Shown piece after piece: positions 9,209 through 18,790 of a stretch of 64,000 bases of DNA. Each line of letters opens with the position of its first letter. Position 1 is the first letter of the stretch. Under the pieces are notes generated by a model. The model was not told the DNA's origin. It ran no database searches and saw only the letters and a list, made by a program, of their open reading frames with translations. Both the position numbers and the translations under genes were made by a program. This stretch comes from Patescibacteria group bacterium (GTDB lineage Bacteria; Patescibacteriota; Microgenomatia; 0-14-0-10-38-17): assembly GCA_050953885.1 (NCBI GenBank), contig JBMNNJ010000001.1, positions 335,437-399,436 of the forward strand, given 5' to 3'.

Positions 9209-10066
9209 ATGGCGCAAATAAATCTCAACAAACTTCCTGATAATAGTGCGGAAATCTTGGTCAAAGTCCCCTGGGAAGAAGTTGAAAAAGAATACCAAAA
9301 AGCCCTTGAGGAGCTTCAAAAAGAAGCCACTCTTCCCGGCTTTCGCAAGGGCAAGGCTCCCAAGGCTCAAGTGGAAAAATCAATTGGCAAAGAAAAAATT
9401 TATCAAGAAGTAATCGAGCAATTAATACCCCGCCTTTACCAAGAAGCGCTAACAAGCCAAAAAATTAACCCCATCATTAGCCCTAAGGTAGAGCTCATTG
9501 CGGCCCAAGAAGGAAAAGATTGGGAAATAAAATTTACCACGGCGGAAAAGCCAACGGTTAGCTTAGGAAATTACCAGGAGGAAATTAAAAAAATAAACAC
9601 CAAGGGAAAAATTTGGACACCAGAAAGCGAAGAGAAAAAAACCCCAGAAGAAAAAGAAAAGGAAGAAAGAGAAAAGCTTGACCAAATTATAGAAACAATT
9701 CTAAAAGCAAGCCAAGTAACCTTACCGGCTATTTTATTGGAAAACGATGTTAACCAGAAACTTGCCGGCTTAATCGAAAAAACCGAAAAGTTAGGCCTTA
9801 CTTTGGAGCAATACCTTGCTTCCCTTGGCAAAACCGCCGCCGAAATTCGCCGCGAATACGAGGAGGAAAGCCGTCGTAATTGGCAGTTAGAATTGGTTTT
9901 GGCAAAAATTGCCGACGAGGAAAAAATTACCGTTAGCGATGAGGAAATTAACCAATTTATCGCCAAAACGCCGCAAAGTGATCAAAAAGCCCTAGAACAA
10001 CAACGCTACTTAATCGCCGCCATGCTAAGACAACAAAAAACCCTCAATTTTTTAAAAAATCTTTAA
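9209..10066 (+). CDS. tig: Trigger factor (short form lacking an obvious PPIase domain)
   Basis: LPGFRKGKAP ribosome-binding signature; C-terminal IADEEKITVSDEEI. Confidence 0.9.
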   Translation: MAQINLNKLPDNSAEILVKVPWEEVEKEYQKALEELQKEATLPGFRKGKAPKAQVEKSIGKEKIYQEVIEQLIPRLYQEALTSQKINPIISPKVELIAAQEGKDWEIKFTTAEKPTVSLGNYQEEIKKINTKGKIWTPESEEKKTPEEKEKEEREKLDQIIETILKASQVTLPAILLENDVNQKLAGLIEKTEKLGLTLEQYLASLGKTAAEIRREYEEESRRNWQLELVLAKIADEEKITVSDEEINQFIAKTPQSDQKALEQQRYLIAAMLRQQKTLNFLKNL

Positions 10067-10109
10067 AAAACTTGCAAAGCGCCAAAGCTTATAGTAGAAT
10101 AGCTATAAG

Positions 10110-10712
10110 ATGAAAAGCCAGGGCCAAAGCCAAAAAACAGCCAGCAGCGCTCTTGGTGAAGAGCTAAAAAGAACTCTAAGGGAAGAACTAACCCAAAATT
10201 TCCCCGCGGAAATTACCGCCCAAATTCAGGGAGAAAAACCTGCCTCCCAGGAAATTCTTCCCGGCCAAAGTGTTAATCTTACTGAAAAAGTTAACCAAGA
10301 ACAAAAACCTCCCTTTATCCCTTCTTTTTATCAGGAAAAATCGCCGTTTATTTTGAAAGAAAGCGCGACGGAAATAGAAACTAAAATTAGTATCCAAAGC
10401 TTGCGGCAAGAAATCCAAAAAGAAAGCCAGAGAGTAGAGGAGGCGGCGGTTAACTTAAGCCAAGAGCTGGCTTCAAGCGTGGCCGAGGAAAATCTTTTTC
10501 CTCACCAAGCTACCCAGGAACACCTTTCTTTTTTAGAAAACCTCTTAAAAACCTTGCGCGTTTTTCGGGAAAAAATCGAGGATAGCCAAGTTTGGCTAGC
10601 CGCCTCAAGTCAACGCCAAAGCCGACGCAATTTTTTCTGGGGACAGGTAAAAAAATCCGGCAGTAAATTTCTTCTTTCTTCCGATCGTACCCCCGCCACC
10701 CAGACAGGGTAA
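10110..10712 (+). CDS. Hypothetical protein (resembles CPR-specific DUF5660-type proteins)
   Basis: Acidic coiled coil, C-terminal KKSGSKFLLSSDRTPATQTG; family call from memory only. Confidence 0.5.
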   Translation: MKSQGQSQKTASSALGEELKRTLREELTQNFPAEITAQIQGEKPASQEILPGQSVNLTEKVNQEQKPPFIPSFYQEKSPFILKESATEIETKISIQSLRQEIQKESQRVEEAAVNLSQELASSVAEENLFPHQATQEHLSFLENLLKTLRVFREKIEDSQVWLAASSQRQSRRNFFWGQVKKSGSKFLLSSDRTPATQTG

Positions 10713-10719
10713 ACTAAGA

Positions 10720-10807
10720 CACACCGGATACAACAGGATTAAATACGGATTGAACAGGATTTTTATCCTGCTTTATCCTGTAAATATCATGTGTGATCCC
10801 GTGTGCT
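10720..10807. repeat. Intergenic palindromic module G (ACAGGAT...ATCCTG repeats)
   Basis: Related copies at ~31543-31636, ~46934-46990 and ~58765-58854. Confidence 0.75.
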
Positions 10808-10867
10808 TCGCTGACAATTTAACAATATAGCAATGAAGTTTCTGTGTTAAAATAATAACTAAATCTT

Positions 10868-10941
10868 GGGCAGTTAGCTCAGTTGGCTAGAGCGCTCGCT
10901 TGACATGCGAAAGGTCACAGGTTCAAGTCCTGTACTGCCCA
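10868..10941 (+). tRNA. tRNA-Val(GAC)
   Basis: GGGCAGT/ACTGCCC acceptor stem, AGCTCAGTTGG D-arm, TT-GAC-AT anticodon loop, GGTTCAAGTCC T-arm. Confidence 0.95.
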
Positions 10942-10984
10942 CAGCAGAAGAAGATATTAAAATATTAAGAGATATTAATGCATA

Positions 10985-11450
10985 ATAAAAAAGTGCAAAG
11001 TGCAAATATCAGAGATTAAAACCTAAATCAAAGTGCAAAAACAAAAGAAAAACTTAAATGTTAAATCGCAAAACTCAAAACTACAACTCAAAACTCAAAG
11101 CTTAATCCGCCCACGGGCGGACAAAATCATGGGTGAAATATTTGGAATGCTTGAAACGTTTGAAGTGTAAGAACAGCAAACGATTCAAGCGTTTCAAGCA
11201 TCAAGTTTTAAAGCCGATCCTGTCCGCCAGCTGGCGGATTCATCAAGATGACGATTTTTTTATAACTGCCATTCTGACGAAAGTCAGAATCAAATAGCTA
11301 AAAGTTAAAAGTTAAAATTTAAAAGTCAAAAGTACAAGTTAAAATTAAAAAGTAAAGCAAAAAACTTTTAACTTTTGACTTGTAATTTTGACTTTTGACT
11401 TTTGAATTTTGAATTATTTTTTTCGTTTCCATTCGTGTTAATTCGTGTAT
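10985..11450. repeat. Mosaic of intergenic repeat modules (C, half A, 18-bp palindromes, 9-mer inverted module, D, B, F)
   Basis: Heptamer arrays AAAGTTA/TTTTGAC, GTCCGCCAGCTGGCGGAT, GCTTGAAACG..CGTTTCAAGC, ATTCGTGTTAATTCGTG. Confidence 0.8.
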
Positions 11451-11459
11451 TTTAATTCT

Positions 11460-13211
11460 ATGGTCAAATCTAAAAACGATCCTCTTTCAACAATGCGCCA
11501 TTCGGCGGCTCATGTTTTAGCGGCGGCGGTTTTAAAGCTATATCCCCAAACAAAACTTGGCATTGGTCCGGCCATTGAAAACGGCTTCTATTACGATTTC
11601 GAGTTTGAAAAACCTCTTTCAAAAGAAGATCTTCCCAAAATAGAGAAAGAAATGGCTAAAATCGTCAAAAGCAATTTTCCTTTTATTAAAAAAACCGCCT
11701 CTTTAGCCGAAGCCAAAAAATTATTTAAAAATCAACCCTATAAGCAAGAATTAATTAAAGATTTAGAGAGTAGGGGAAAGAAAGAAGTTTCTCTTTATCA
11801 AAGCGGTGATTTTATCGATCTTTGCGCCGGGCCTCATCTTCAGAGCACCGGCAAAATCGGTTCCTTTAAGCTTCTTTCTTTGGCAGGAGCCTATTGGCGA
11901 GGAAGCGAGAAAAACCCCATGCTCACTCGCATTTACGGAAGTGCTTTCCCAACTAAAAAAGAACTGGAAAACCATCTTGCCCAACTTGCCGCCGCCGAGG
12001 AAAGAGACCATCGCCTTTTGGGTAAAAAATTAGATCTTTTCTCCTTTCATCCCGACGCCGCCCCGGGCGATATTTTCTGGCATCCTAAGGGCTACTTTTT
12101 GATGAAAAAACTCATCGAGTTTTGGCGTCAAGAGCATGAAAAACAAGGCTATGGCGAGGTGCGCACCCCGGAAATTTTAAAAAACAAGGTGTGGCGGCAA
12201 AGCGGTCATCTAAAATCCTTTGCCGAAAAAATGTATCAGGTAAAAACTCCCGACATTAATTCCTGGGATGCCTGCGTTAAGCCGATGAATTGCGATGGGG
12301 GGATCATGATTTACCAAAGCAAGCTTCGCTCCTACCGCGACCTTCCCTTAAGATTAGGCGAAATTGGCGTTGTCCACCGTTTTGAAGCCTCGGGCGAACT
12401 TCACGGCATTATCCGCACCCGCGAATTCACCCAAGACGACGCTCATATTTTCTGCCGCCCCGATCAGGTAGAAGAAGAAATCGAAAAGGTGATTAATCTC
12501 TGCTTTTATTTTTATAAAACCTACGGGCTCAAGCTTGATCATTTGGAGCTTTCCACTCGACCAGAAAAGTCAATTGGTTCAGACGCTATTTGGGAAAAAG
12601 CAGAAAAAATTATGGGAAAAGTCTTGAAGGAAAGCGGGCGGCCCTACCAGATTAACCCCGGGGAAGGGGCTTTTTACGGACCTAAAATTGATTTTCATTT
12701 GCGCGATTCTTTGGGCCGCACTTGGCAATGTTCCACCATTCAGCTTGATTTTGCCCAGCCGGAAAACTTTAATCTTTCCTATATTGACGAAAAGGGGAAG
12801 AAAAAAAGGCCGGTGATGATCCACCGGGTTATTTATGGATCGCTGGAACGGTTTTTGGGGATCTTAATTGAAAGCTACGGCGGCGCTTTCCCGCTTTGGC
12901 TTTCCCCGGTTCAGGCTAAAATTATTCCCATCAGCAATAAAGAATTATCCTATAGTAGAAATGCCTTTGAAAAACTAAAAGAAAATAACCTCCGAGTGGA
13001 ATTAGACGACCGCTCCCAAACCGCCTCGGCCAAAATCCGCCAAGCCCAAGAAGAAAAAATTCCTTATATGATTATTATTGGTCAAAAAGAAGAAAAAAAC
13101 CAAACCATCAATATCAGAACCCGCGAGGGAAAAATTTTAGGAGAGAAAAAATTAGAGGATTTTATAAAAAAAGCAAAGAGAGAAGAAGCGGAGAAAAAAG
13201 ACAAGAATTAA
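11460..13211 (+). CDS. thrS: Threonyl-tRNA synthetase (no N-terminal TGS domain)
   Basis: MRHSAAHVLA, DLCAGPH, KPMNC, REFTQDDAHIFC, GAFYGPKID, WQCSTIQLD. Confidence 0.97.
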   Translation: MVKSKNDPLSTMRHSAAHVLAAAVLKLYPQTKLGIGPAIENGFYYDFEFEKPLSKEDLPKIEKEMAKIVKSNFPFIKKTASLAEAKKLFKNQPYKQELIKDLESRGKKEVSLYQSGDFIDLCAGPHLQSTGKIGSFKLLSLAGAYWRGSEKNPMLTRIYGSAFPTKKELENHLAQLAAAEERDHRLLGKKLDLFSFHPDAAPGDIFWHPKGYFLMKKLIEFWRQEHEKQGYGEVRTPEILKNKVWRQSGHLKSFAEKMYQVKTPDINSWDACVKPMNCDGGIMIYQSKLRSYRDLPLRLGEIGVVHRFEASGELHGIIRTREFTQDDAHIFCRPDQVEEEIEKVINLCFYFYKTYGLKLDHLELSTRPEKSIGSDAIWEKAEKIMGKVLKESGRPYQINPGEGAFYGPKIDFHLRDSLGRTWQCSTIQLDFAQPENFNLSYIDEKGKKKRPVMIHRVIYGSLERFLGILIESYGGAFPLWLSPVQAKIIPISNKELSYSRNAFEKLKENNLRVELDDRSQTASAKIRQAQEEKIPYMIIIGQKEEKNQTINIRTREGKILGEKKLEDFIKKAKREEAEKKDKN

Positions 13212-13616
13212 AGGGAATGAGAAACGAATAGATACGAAAAATAAACTCAAAATGCAAATGGCAAATGGCAAATGGCAAAACTACATGTCAAATGTTAAAA
13301 CTTTTTAAAGCTTAAAGTTATTTTTTAGATTTGATCCGCCAGTTGGCGGATTGAGTTGTCGTTTTAGTGCTGGTGCAGGGCCAGCTAGCGGAGAGGATCA
13401 TCCCCGTAGCCGTCATCCTGACGAAAGTCAGGATCTAACTGATTCTGAATCAAGTTCAGAATGACGCTAATCGTGGCCGTTATTCTAACAATCCGTCAGC
13501 TGACGAATTCGTCAGAATAACAGTTACGGTCAGCCCGAAACAATGAAACAATAAACTTTCTCTTGCCAACTTTCCCTTCCTGTGCTAAACTTACTGCAGT
13601 TTGAACAAAAGCTAAC

Positions 13617-14126
13617 TTGAAACAGCCAAAATTTTATCGTCTTAATCAGTACATTAGCGCCCCAACATTGCGAGTTTTAAACGAACAGGGGAAACAAATC
13701 GGCATTTTAACCCGAGAAGAAGCCTTAAAAAAAGCCCAAGAGGAAAAACTTGACTTGGTGGAAATTGCTCCCCAAGCAAAGCCCCCGGTGGTAAAAATTA
13801 TCGACTTTAAAAAATTTAGATATTTAGAGGAGAAAAAAGAAAAAAAGGGCCAAAAGACGCAAAAAACAAAAGAGGTTAAAATGAGGCCTTTTATTGGCGA
13901 AAATGACTTTAATTTTCGCCTTAAACGCGCCCAGGAATGGCTCAAAGAGGGACAAAATGTGCGGGTAACGGTTAACTTTCGCGGTCGGGAGTTTACCCAA
14001 AAAGAGGCCGGTTTCGCCCTTTTGGAAAAATTTTCCCAAGGAGTTTCCTCATTTGGCCAGCCTAAAGATAAGCCCAAAATGATGGGACCAAACCTATTCA
14101 TTACGTTGGAACCATTAAAAAGATGA
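13617..14126 (+). CDS. infC: Translation initiation factor IF-3
   Basis: LDLVEIAPQAKPPVVKIIDF; NFRGRE; thrS-infC-rpmI-rplT order; non-ATG (TTG) start. Confidence 0.95.
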   Translation: MKQPKFYRLNQYISAPTLRVLNEQGKQIGILTREEALKKAQEEKLDLVEIAPQAKPPVVKIIDFKKFRYLEEKKEKKGQKTQKTKEVKMRPFIGENDFNFRLKRAQEWLKEGQNVRVTVNFRGREFTQKEAGFALLEKFSQGVSSFGQPKDKPKMMGPNLFITLEPLKR

Positions 14127-14320
14127 AGCAAAAAAGAAAAACCAAAAAATCGTTGGCGAAAAGGTTTAAAGTTACCAAAAGCGGCAAGGTTTTGCATCGC
14201 TCTTCTTTTGGCCGCCATCTTAAAAGCGCGAAAAGCAAGGGTCAAAAAAGCCGTTACCGCAAACCAAAGGAGCTTACCGGTAAAATGGCCAAAAAAATTA
14301 AAAAAGTGGCGGGAAAATAA
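14123..14320 (+). CDS. rpmI: 50S ribosomal protein L35
   Basis: KTKKSLAKRFKVTKSGKV. Confidence 0.95.
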   Translation: MKQKRKTKKSLAKRFKVTKSGKVLHRSSFGRHLKSAKSKGQKSRYRKPKELTGKMAKKIKKVAGK

Positions 14321-14578
14321 AAAAACTTGTATTAAGTAAAAATCAAAAGTCAAAAACAATAAATAAACTCAAATATTAAATCGCAATCCGCCAGCCCCGC
14401 ACCGTATGGTGCAGGACCAGCTGACGGATCAGGGCAAGCTCTAAACTTCACCAATGAAACGTCATCCTGAACTTGATTCAGGATCTGCTTTAAAATTAAA
14501 AAGCAGATCCTGACTTTCGTCAGGATGACAGTTTTAACAATTTAGCCATTTAACAGTTTAACAATTTAATCAACAACC

Positions 14579-14954
14579 ATGCGCGTTAAAACCGGCACGG
14601 TTCGCCATGCCAAACACCAAAAAACCCTGAAAGCCACCCGCGGTTATCGGATGACCAAAAACCGCCTTTACAAAGCGGCCCATGAAGCCGAACTTCATGC
14701 TGGTCAATACGCTTACGTGGGTCGCAAAAATCGGAAAAGAGACTTTCGCCAGCTTTGGATCACCCGTCTTAACGCCGCCTCTAAAGCCGTATAACCTAAA
14801 ATATAATCAGTTCATCGCCCTCTTGGAAAAAAATAAAATTGACCTTAACCGCAAAATATTAGCCAATTTAGCCCTTGAGGATCCCCAAACCTTTGCGGTT
14901 ATTGTTAAAAAGATAACTTCAAAGCAACAAAATGTTAAGCAAGCTAAAAATTAA
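14579..14954 (+). CDS. rplT: 50S ribosomal protein L20 (split by a +1 indel near 14780)
   Basis: MRVKTG..YAYVGRKNRKRDFRQLWITRLNAA continues in the next frame as LKPYNLKYNQFI..IDLNRKILANLA. Confidence 0.9.
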
Positions 14955-15968
14955 AACTCTCAAAAGCAGGGCAGAAAAAGAAATCAAGCTTTGCCAAAAA
15001 AATGATGAGCTTGAAAAAATAAGAGTTAAATATTTAGGCAGAAAAGGGCTTTTAACCAGTTTGATTAAAGAACTGCCTTTGCTTCCTCCCCCTCAAAAAA
15101 AAGAGCTTGGTTCTCCTCTTAAACCAAAGCAAAAAAGAAATTGAAAACCTTCTTAAAAACCAGGAAAACAAAATTATTAAAGAAGGAAAGGAAGAGTGGC
15201 TTGATTTAACCCTGCCGGGGGAAATCCCTCCCCATGGCCATCTTCATCCCACCACCACTGCCATTTGGGAAATCAGCCAGCTTTTCTACCATCTGGGTTT
15301 TACTCTTGGTCTCTTACCCCGAAGTAGAATGGGAATATTTTGCCTTTGAAGCGCTTAATATGCCCAAAAATCACCCGGCCCGCGATGACTTTGAAACCTT
15401 TTTTATTGACGCTCCCGCCCATAAAAAATTTGGCAAAATAGTTTTAACCCCTCATACCTCTTCCGGACAAGTAAGAGAGATGAGGCGAGTAGGTCAACCA
15501 CCGGTAAGAATGATTAATATTGGTAAATGCTACCGGCCTAATTGGGACGCCACCCATTTACCAATGTTTCACCAATTTGAAGGGTTAGTGATTGATAAGG
15601 GTATCAACCTTTCCCACCTTAAGGGAATTTTCGATTATTTTGTTAAACATTTTTATGGCCCAAAGCGAGAAATCAGGCTGCGCCCTTTTCATTTCCAATT
15701 TACCGAACCCTCTTTCGAAGTTGATATCAACTGCGCTGTCTGCGGCGGCAAGGGCTGTCGCCTTTGCAAACAAGGCTGGCTGGAATTAGGCGGCTCGGGC
15801 ATGGTCCATCCCAGGGTGCTGGCCGCCGGGGGCATTGACCCCCAAATTTATTCCGGCTTTGCTTTTGGCTGGGGGATTGAACGCACCTTTATGATGAAAA
15901 GCGGCCTAAAACTTAACGACATCCGTCTTTTCTACCAAAATGACGGCCGATTCTTGGAACAATTTTGA
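14932..15968 (+). CDS. pheS: Phenylalanyl-tRNA synthetase alpha subunit (split by +1 indels near 15110 and 15309)
   Basis: RVKYLGRKG; DLTLPG..GHLHP; FEALNMPKNHPARD; FQFTEPSFEVD; GFAFGWGIER spread over three overlapping frames. Confidence 0.92.
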
Positions 15969-15975
15969 GACACAA

Positions 15976-18033
15976 ATGAATATTTTCATTCCCTCTTCCT
16001 GGCTCTCCGACTTTTTAAAAGCAAAAGCCTCGGTTGAGGAAATTGCCCGCTATCTTTCCTTATGCAGCCAATCGGTAGAAAAAATTCACCCTTCTCCTGA
16101 CGGTGATAAAATTTTGGAGATCGAAGTCACTTCTAACCGTCCCGACTGTCTTTCAGTGATCGGCATTGCCCGCGAGGCCAACGCTGCCCTCAAAAGCAAT
16201 GGTTTTTCTTCCTCTTTCCTGCCGCCCAAAAAAGAAAAAATTAACTTAACTTCCTTACCAAAGCTGCCTCTTAAAGTAACGATTACCCCTCCCTCGATTT
16301 GCCCACGCTTTTGCGCCCTGCTTATTGAGAATGTTAAAGTTGGTCCTTCTCCTAAGATTATTCAAGAAAGACTTAAAAAATCCGGCATCAGGGCAATCGA
16401 TAATGTCGTTGATATTTCCAATTATTTAATGATTGAAACCGGCCAGCCCATTCACACCTTTGATTATGACAAAATTTTGGACCAAAAAATGATCATGAGA
16501 CTGTCTAAGAAAGGCGAAGCGGTAACGACGCTGGACGGCGTCACAAGAGAATTGCCTGGTGGTGATATTGTGATTGAAGACGGGAAGGGGCGGCTAATTG
16601 ATCTTTGCGGCATTATGGGAGGAGAAAACAGCGCTATCGATAAAAACACCAAACGAGTCCTTTTTTTTGTCCAAGCTTATGACCCCGTTTTAATCCGCCG
16701 TACTTCAATGCTTTTGGGCCATCGTACCGAGGCGGCAATGCGTTTTGAACGAGGCATCGACCTTGAAGCCATTCCCGAAGTAGTTTTCCGAGGAGCAAAA
16801 CTTATTGCCCAAAACGCCAACGGGAAAATTGCTTCCCAACTGGTTGATATTTATCCCCGTAAAAAGTCCCCAAAAATTGTCTCCCTAAATTTTGCCAAGG
16901 CGGCAAAAATTATCAATGCTTCCCTCAAACCGGAAAAAATAATTGAAAGCTTAACTCTGTTAGAATTTAGGCTCCAAAAGAAAACAAAAGAGGAGGCCAT
17001 CTTTTTGGTTCCCAGCTTTAGAAGCGAGGACATTTCCTGCCAGGAAGACTTGGTTGAGGAAATCGCTCGCCTTTACGGCTATTTTAATTTAAAAAGTATT
17101 CTCCCGCCCTTGCCGGAAAACCTTACCCCGCCGCCGGAAAAACCAGACCCTAGCAAAAAAGGAAAATTCGAACCGCTTTTTTCTTGGGAAAAAAAGGCCA
17201 AAACCTACCTTTGCCACCAAGGCCTTTGGGAAAGCTTTTCTTATTCATTTTTAAGCCGGGAATTAATTAATAAAAGCCGCCTTGAAAAGCCCTGTTTGCG
17301 TCTTAAAAATCCTATTTCAGCGGAATTTGAATATTTGCGAAGCTCTCTTTTCACCTCGCTTTTGCAAACTTTTTCCCAAAATCAAGCTAACTTTCCCCAA
17401 ATTTCTTTCTTTGAACTGACCAACATTTACTTGCCTCAAAAGAATAACCTGCCCCACGAAAAAAGACAATTAGCAGCCTTAAGCCCGGAAAAGAATATTT
17501 TTAAAGTTAAGGGTATTATTGAAGGTCTTTTCTTGGAAATGGGCGTTAAAAACTATTCTTTTACCGCCCAAAAAAAAGAAGAATCCCCTTGGGCAGAAAA
17601 GAAAGAAGGCGTCCAAATTATCGCTCATCAAAAACCGGTGGGGTTCTTAGGATTTATTGACCCCCAAATTCTTAATAATTTTCAAATAAAAACTCCTTTG
17701 GTTGGCTTTGTTCTTGACTTCGAAGAACTAGCCCAAGAGGCAACTACGGCCAAAACTTATGCGCCTCTTCCTTCTTTTCCTCCCGTTATTGAAGACCTAA
17801 CTCTTTCCTTTCCTCCCAAAACTTATCTTGGTCCGGTTATCACCACCATTAAAACCACTTCTTCATTAATTAAAAAAGTAGAAATTGCCAGCGCTTTTGG
17901 CAACCGCCGCACTTTTCGCCTTACCTATCAACATCCCCGCCACAATCTTAACAGTAATGAGGTTAAAAAACTAAGGGAAAAAATTATTAAAACTTTGGAG
18001 GAAAAATTTAGCGCCAAGGCCGTGGTGGGATAA
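15976..18033 (+). CDS. pheT: Phenylalanyl-tRNA synthetase beta subunit (short form)
   Basis: EVTSNRPDCLSVIGIARE; VVDISNYLMIETGQPIHTFDYD; DLVEEIARLYGY. Confidence 0.95.
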   Translation: MNIFIPSSWLSDFLKAKASVEEIARYLSLCSQSVEKIHPSPDGDKILEIEVTSNRPDCLSVIGIAREANAALKSNGFSSSFLPPKKEKINLTSLPKLPLKVTITPPSICPRFCALLIENVKVGPSPKIIQERLKKSGIRAIDNVVDISNYLMIETGQPIHTFDYDKILDQKMIMRLSKKGEAVTTLDGVTRELPGGDIVIEDGKGRLIDLCGIMGGENSAIDKNTKRVLFFVQAYDPVLIRRTSMLLGHRTEAAMRFERGIDLEAIPEVVFRGAKLIAQNANGKIASQLVDIYPRKKSPKIVSLNFAKAAKIINASLKPEKIIESLTLLEFRLQKKTKEEAIFLVPSFRSEDISCQEDLVEEIARLYGYFNLKSILPPLPENLTPPPEKPDPSKKGKFEPLFSWEKKAKTYLCHQGLWESFSYSFLSRELINKSRLEKPCLRLKNPISAEFEYLRSSLFTSLLQTFSQNQANFPQISFFELTNIYLPQKNNLPHEKRQLAALSPEKNIFKVKGIIEGLFLEMGVKNYSFTAQKKEESPWAEKKEGVQIIAHQKPVGFLGFIDPQILNNFQIKTPLVGFVLDFEELAQEATTAKTYAPLPSFPPVIEDLTLSFPPKTYLGPVITTIKTTSSLIKKVEIASAFGNRRTFRLTYQHPRHNLNSNEVKKLREKIIKTLEEKFSAKAVVG

Positions 18034-18219
18034 CGTGAACCCGCAGGGGTGATTCATAAATCAAGGCATGCTCCAAAGAATGGAGTAGCGGCCTTCGGCC
18101 CGTGCGGGAATAAGCGCGCAATAAATTGCGCTATTTCAATTATTTCATTCGCTCATTCGCATTAATTCGTGTTTCCATTCGCGTTGATTCGCGTATTTTA
18201 ACAATTTAACAATATCTTT

Positions 18220-18567
18220 TCAGTTATTCCTTCTCCCTCGATGCTGTCTTTTGGAAAAAGGAGTTTCTTCAATTTGAGCCATTTGCATCGCCCTTTCCTT
18301 AATCATTATTCCCCGTGGCCGGTTATATTGAGGATCATTTTCCTCCAGCCACCGGCAACTTTCTTCATCCAAACCTTCATAAAACTCATTTACCATTACT
18401 GTCGTTTTCTCCCGATCAAAATTAATTTTATTCTTAAAAATTTCTTCCCACAATCCTAACGCCCGCTCAACCACTTCCCGTGTCCCGTTATCCATATCCG
18501 AAGGCAGAGGCATTTCCCGCCCCGAAGGACGAGGAAAAGGCATTTCCCTTCTAATTTCTTTACTCAT
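18220..18567 (-). CDS. Hypothetical protein
   Basis: 115-aa ORF with protein-like composition; short REMP repeat; no recognised motif. Confidence 0.5.
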   Translation of the reverse strand: MSKEIRREMPFPRPSGREMPLPSDMDNGTREVVERALGLWEEIFKNKINFDREKTTVMVNEFYEGLDEESCRWLEENDPQYNRPRGIMIKERAMQMAQIEETPFSKRQHRGRRNN

Positions 18568-18579
18568 GTCTATTTTTGC

Positions 18580-18762
18580 TTAGTAAATTCTACTATAGAT
18601 ATAGTAAAATAAAAAACAGAACTTGTCAATTCCCGCCCTTAGGACAACACCGGGTGTGGCAAACTGCCAATTCCAAACCTGAAAAGCGATTACCACAAAA
18701 ACTCCATGTTCAGCTGATTTTCCGCCCAAAATACTCACCAAATTAAATTTATTCTTTATCAC
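18580..18762 (-). pseudogene. ddl: N-terminal remnant of D-Ala-D-Ala ligase
   Basis: NLVSILGGKSAEHGVFVVIAFQ resembles the Ddl GGxSxEHEVS motif; homology ends after about 32 aa; directly downstream of PBP1. Confidence 0.55.
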
Positions 18763-18790
18763 GTTCCCTTAGATTTTAATAACCTTTAGC

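Noticed and set aside
13646-14359. 237-aa antisense ORF and the many other short opposite-strand or overlapping ORFs in the track
   Set aside because: Shadows of well-supported genes or translations of repeat modules (e.g. 32058, 34602, 41337, 42032, 58691); no motifs
14579-15968. Programmed frameshifting in rplT/pheS
   Set aside because: No slippery sequences; clustered single-base doublings are typical of long-read consensus errors
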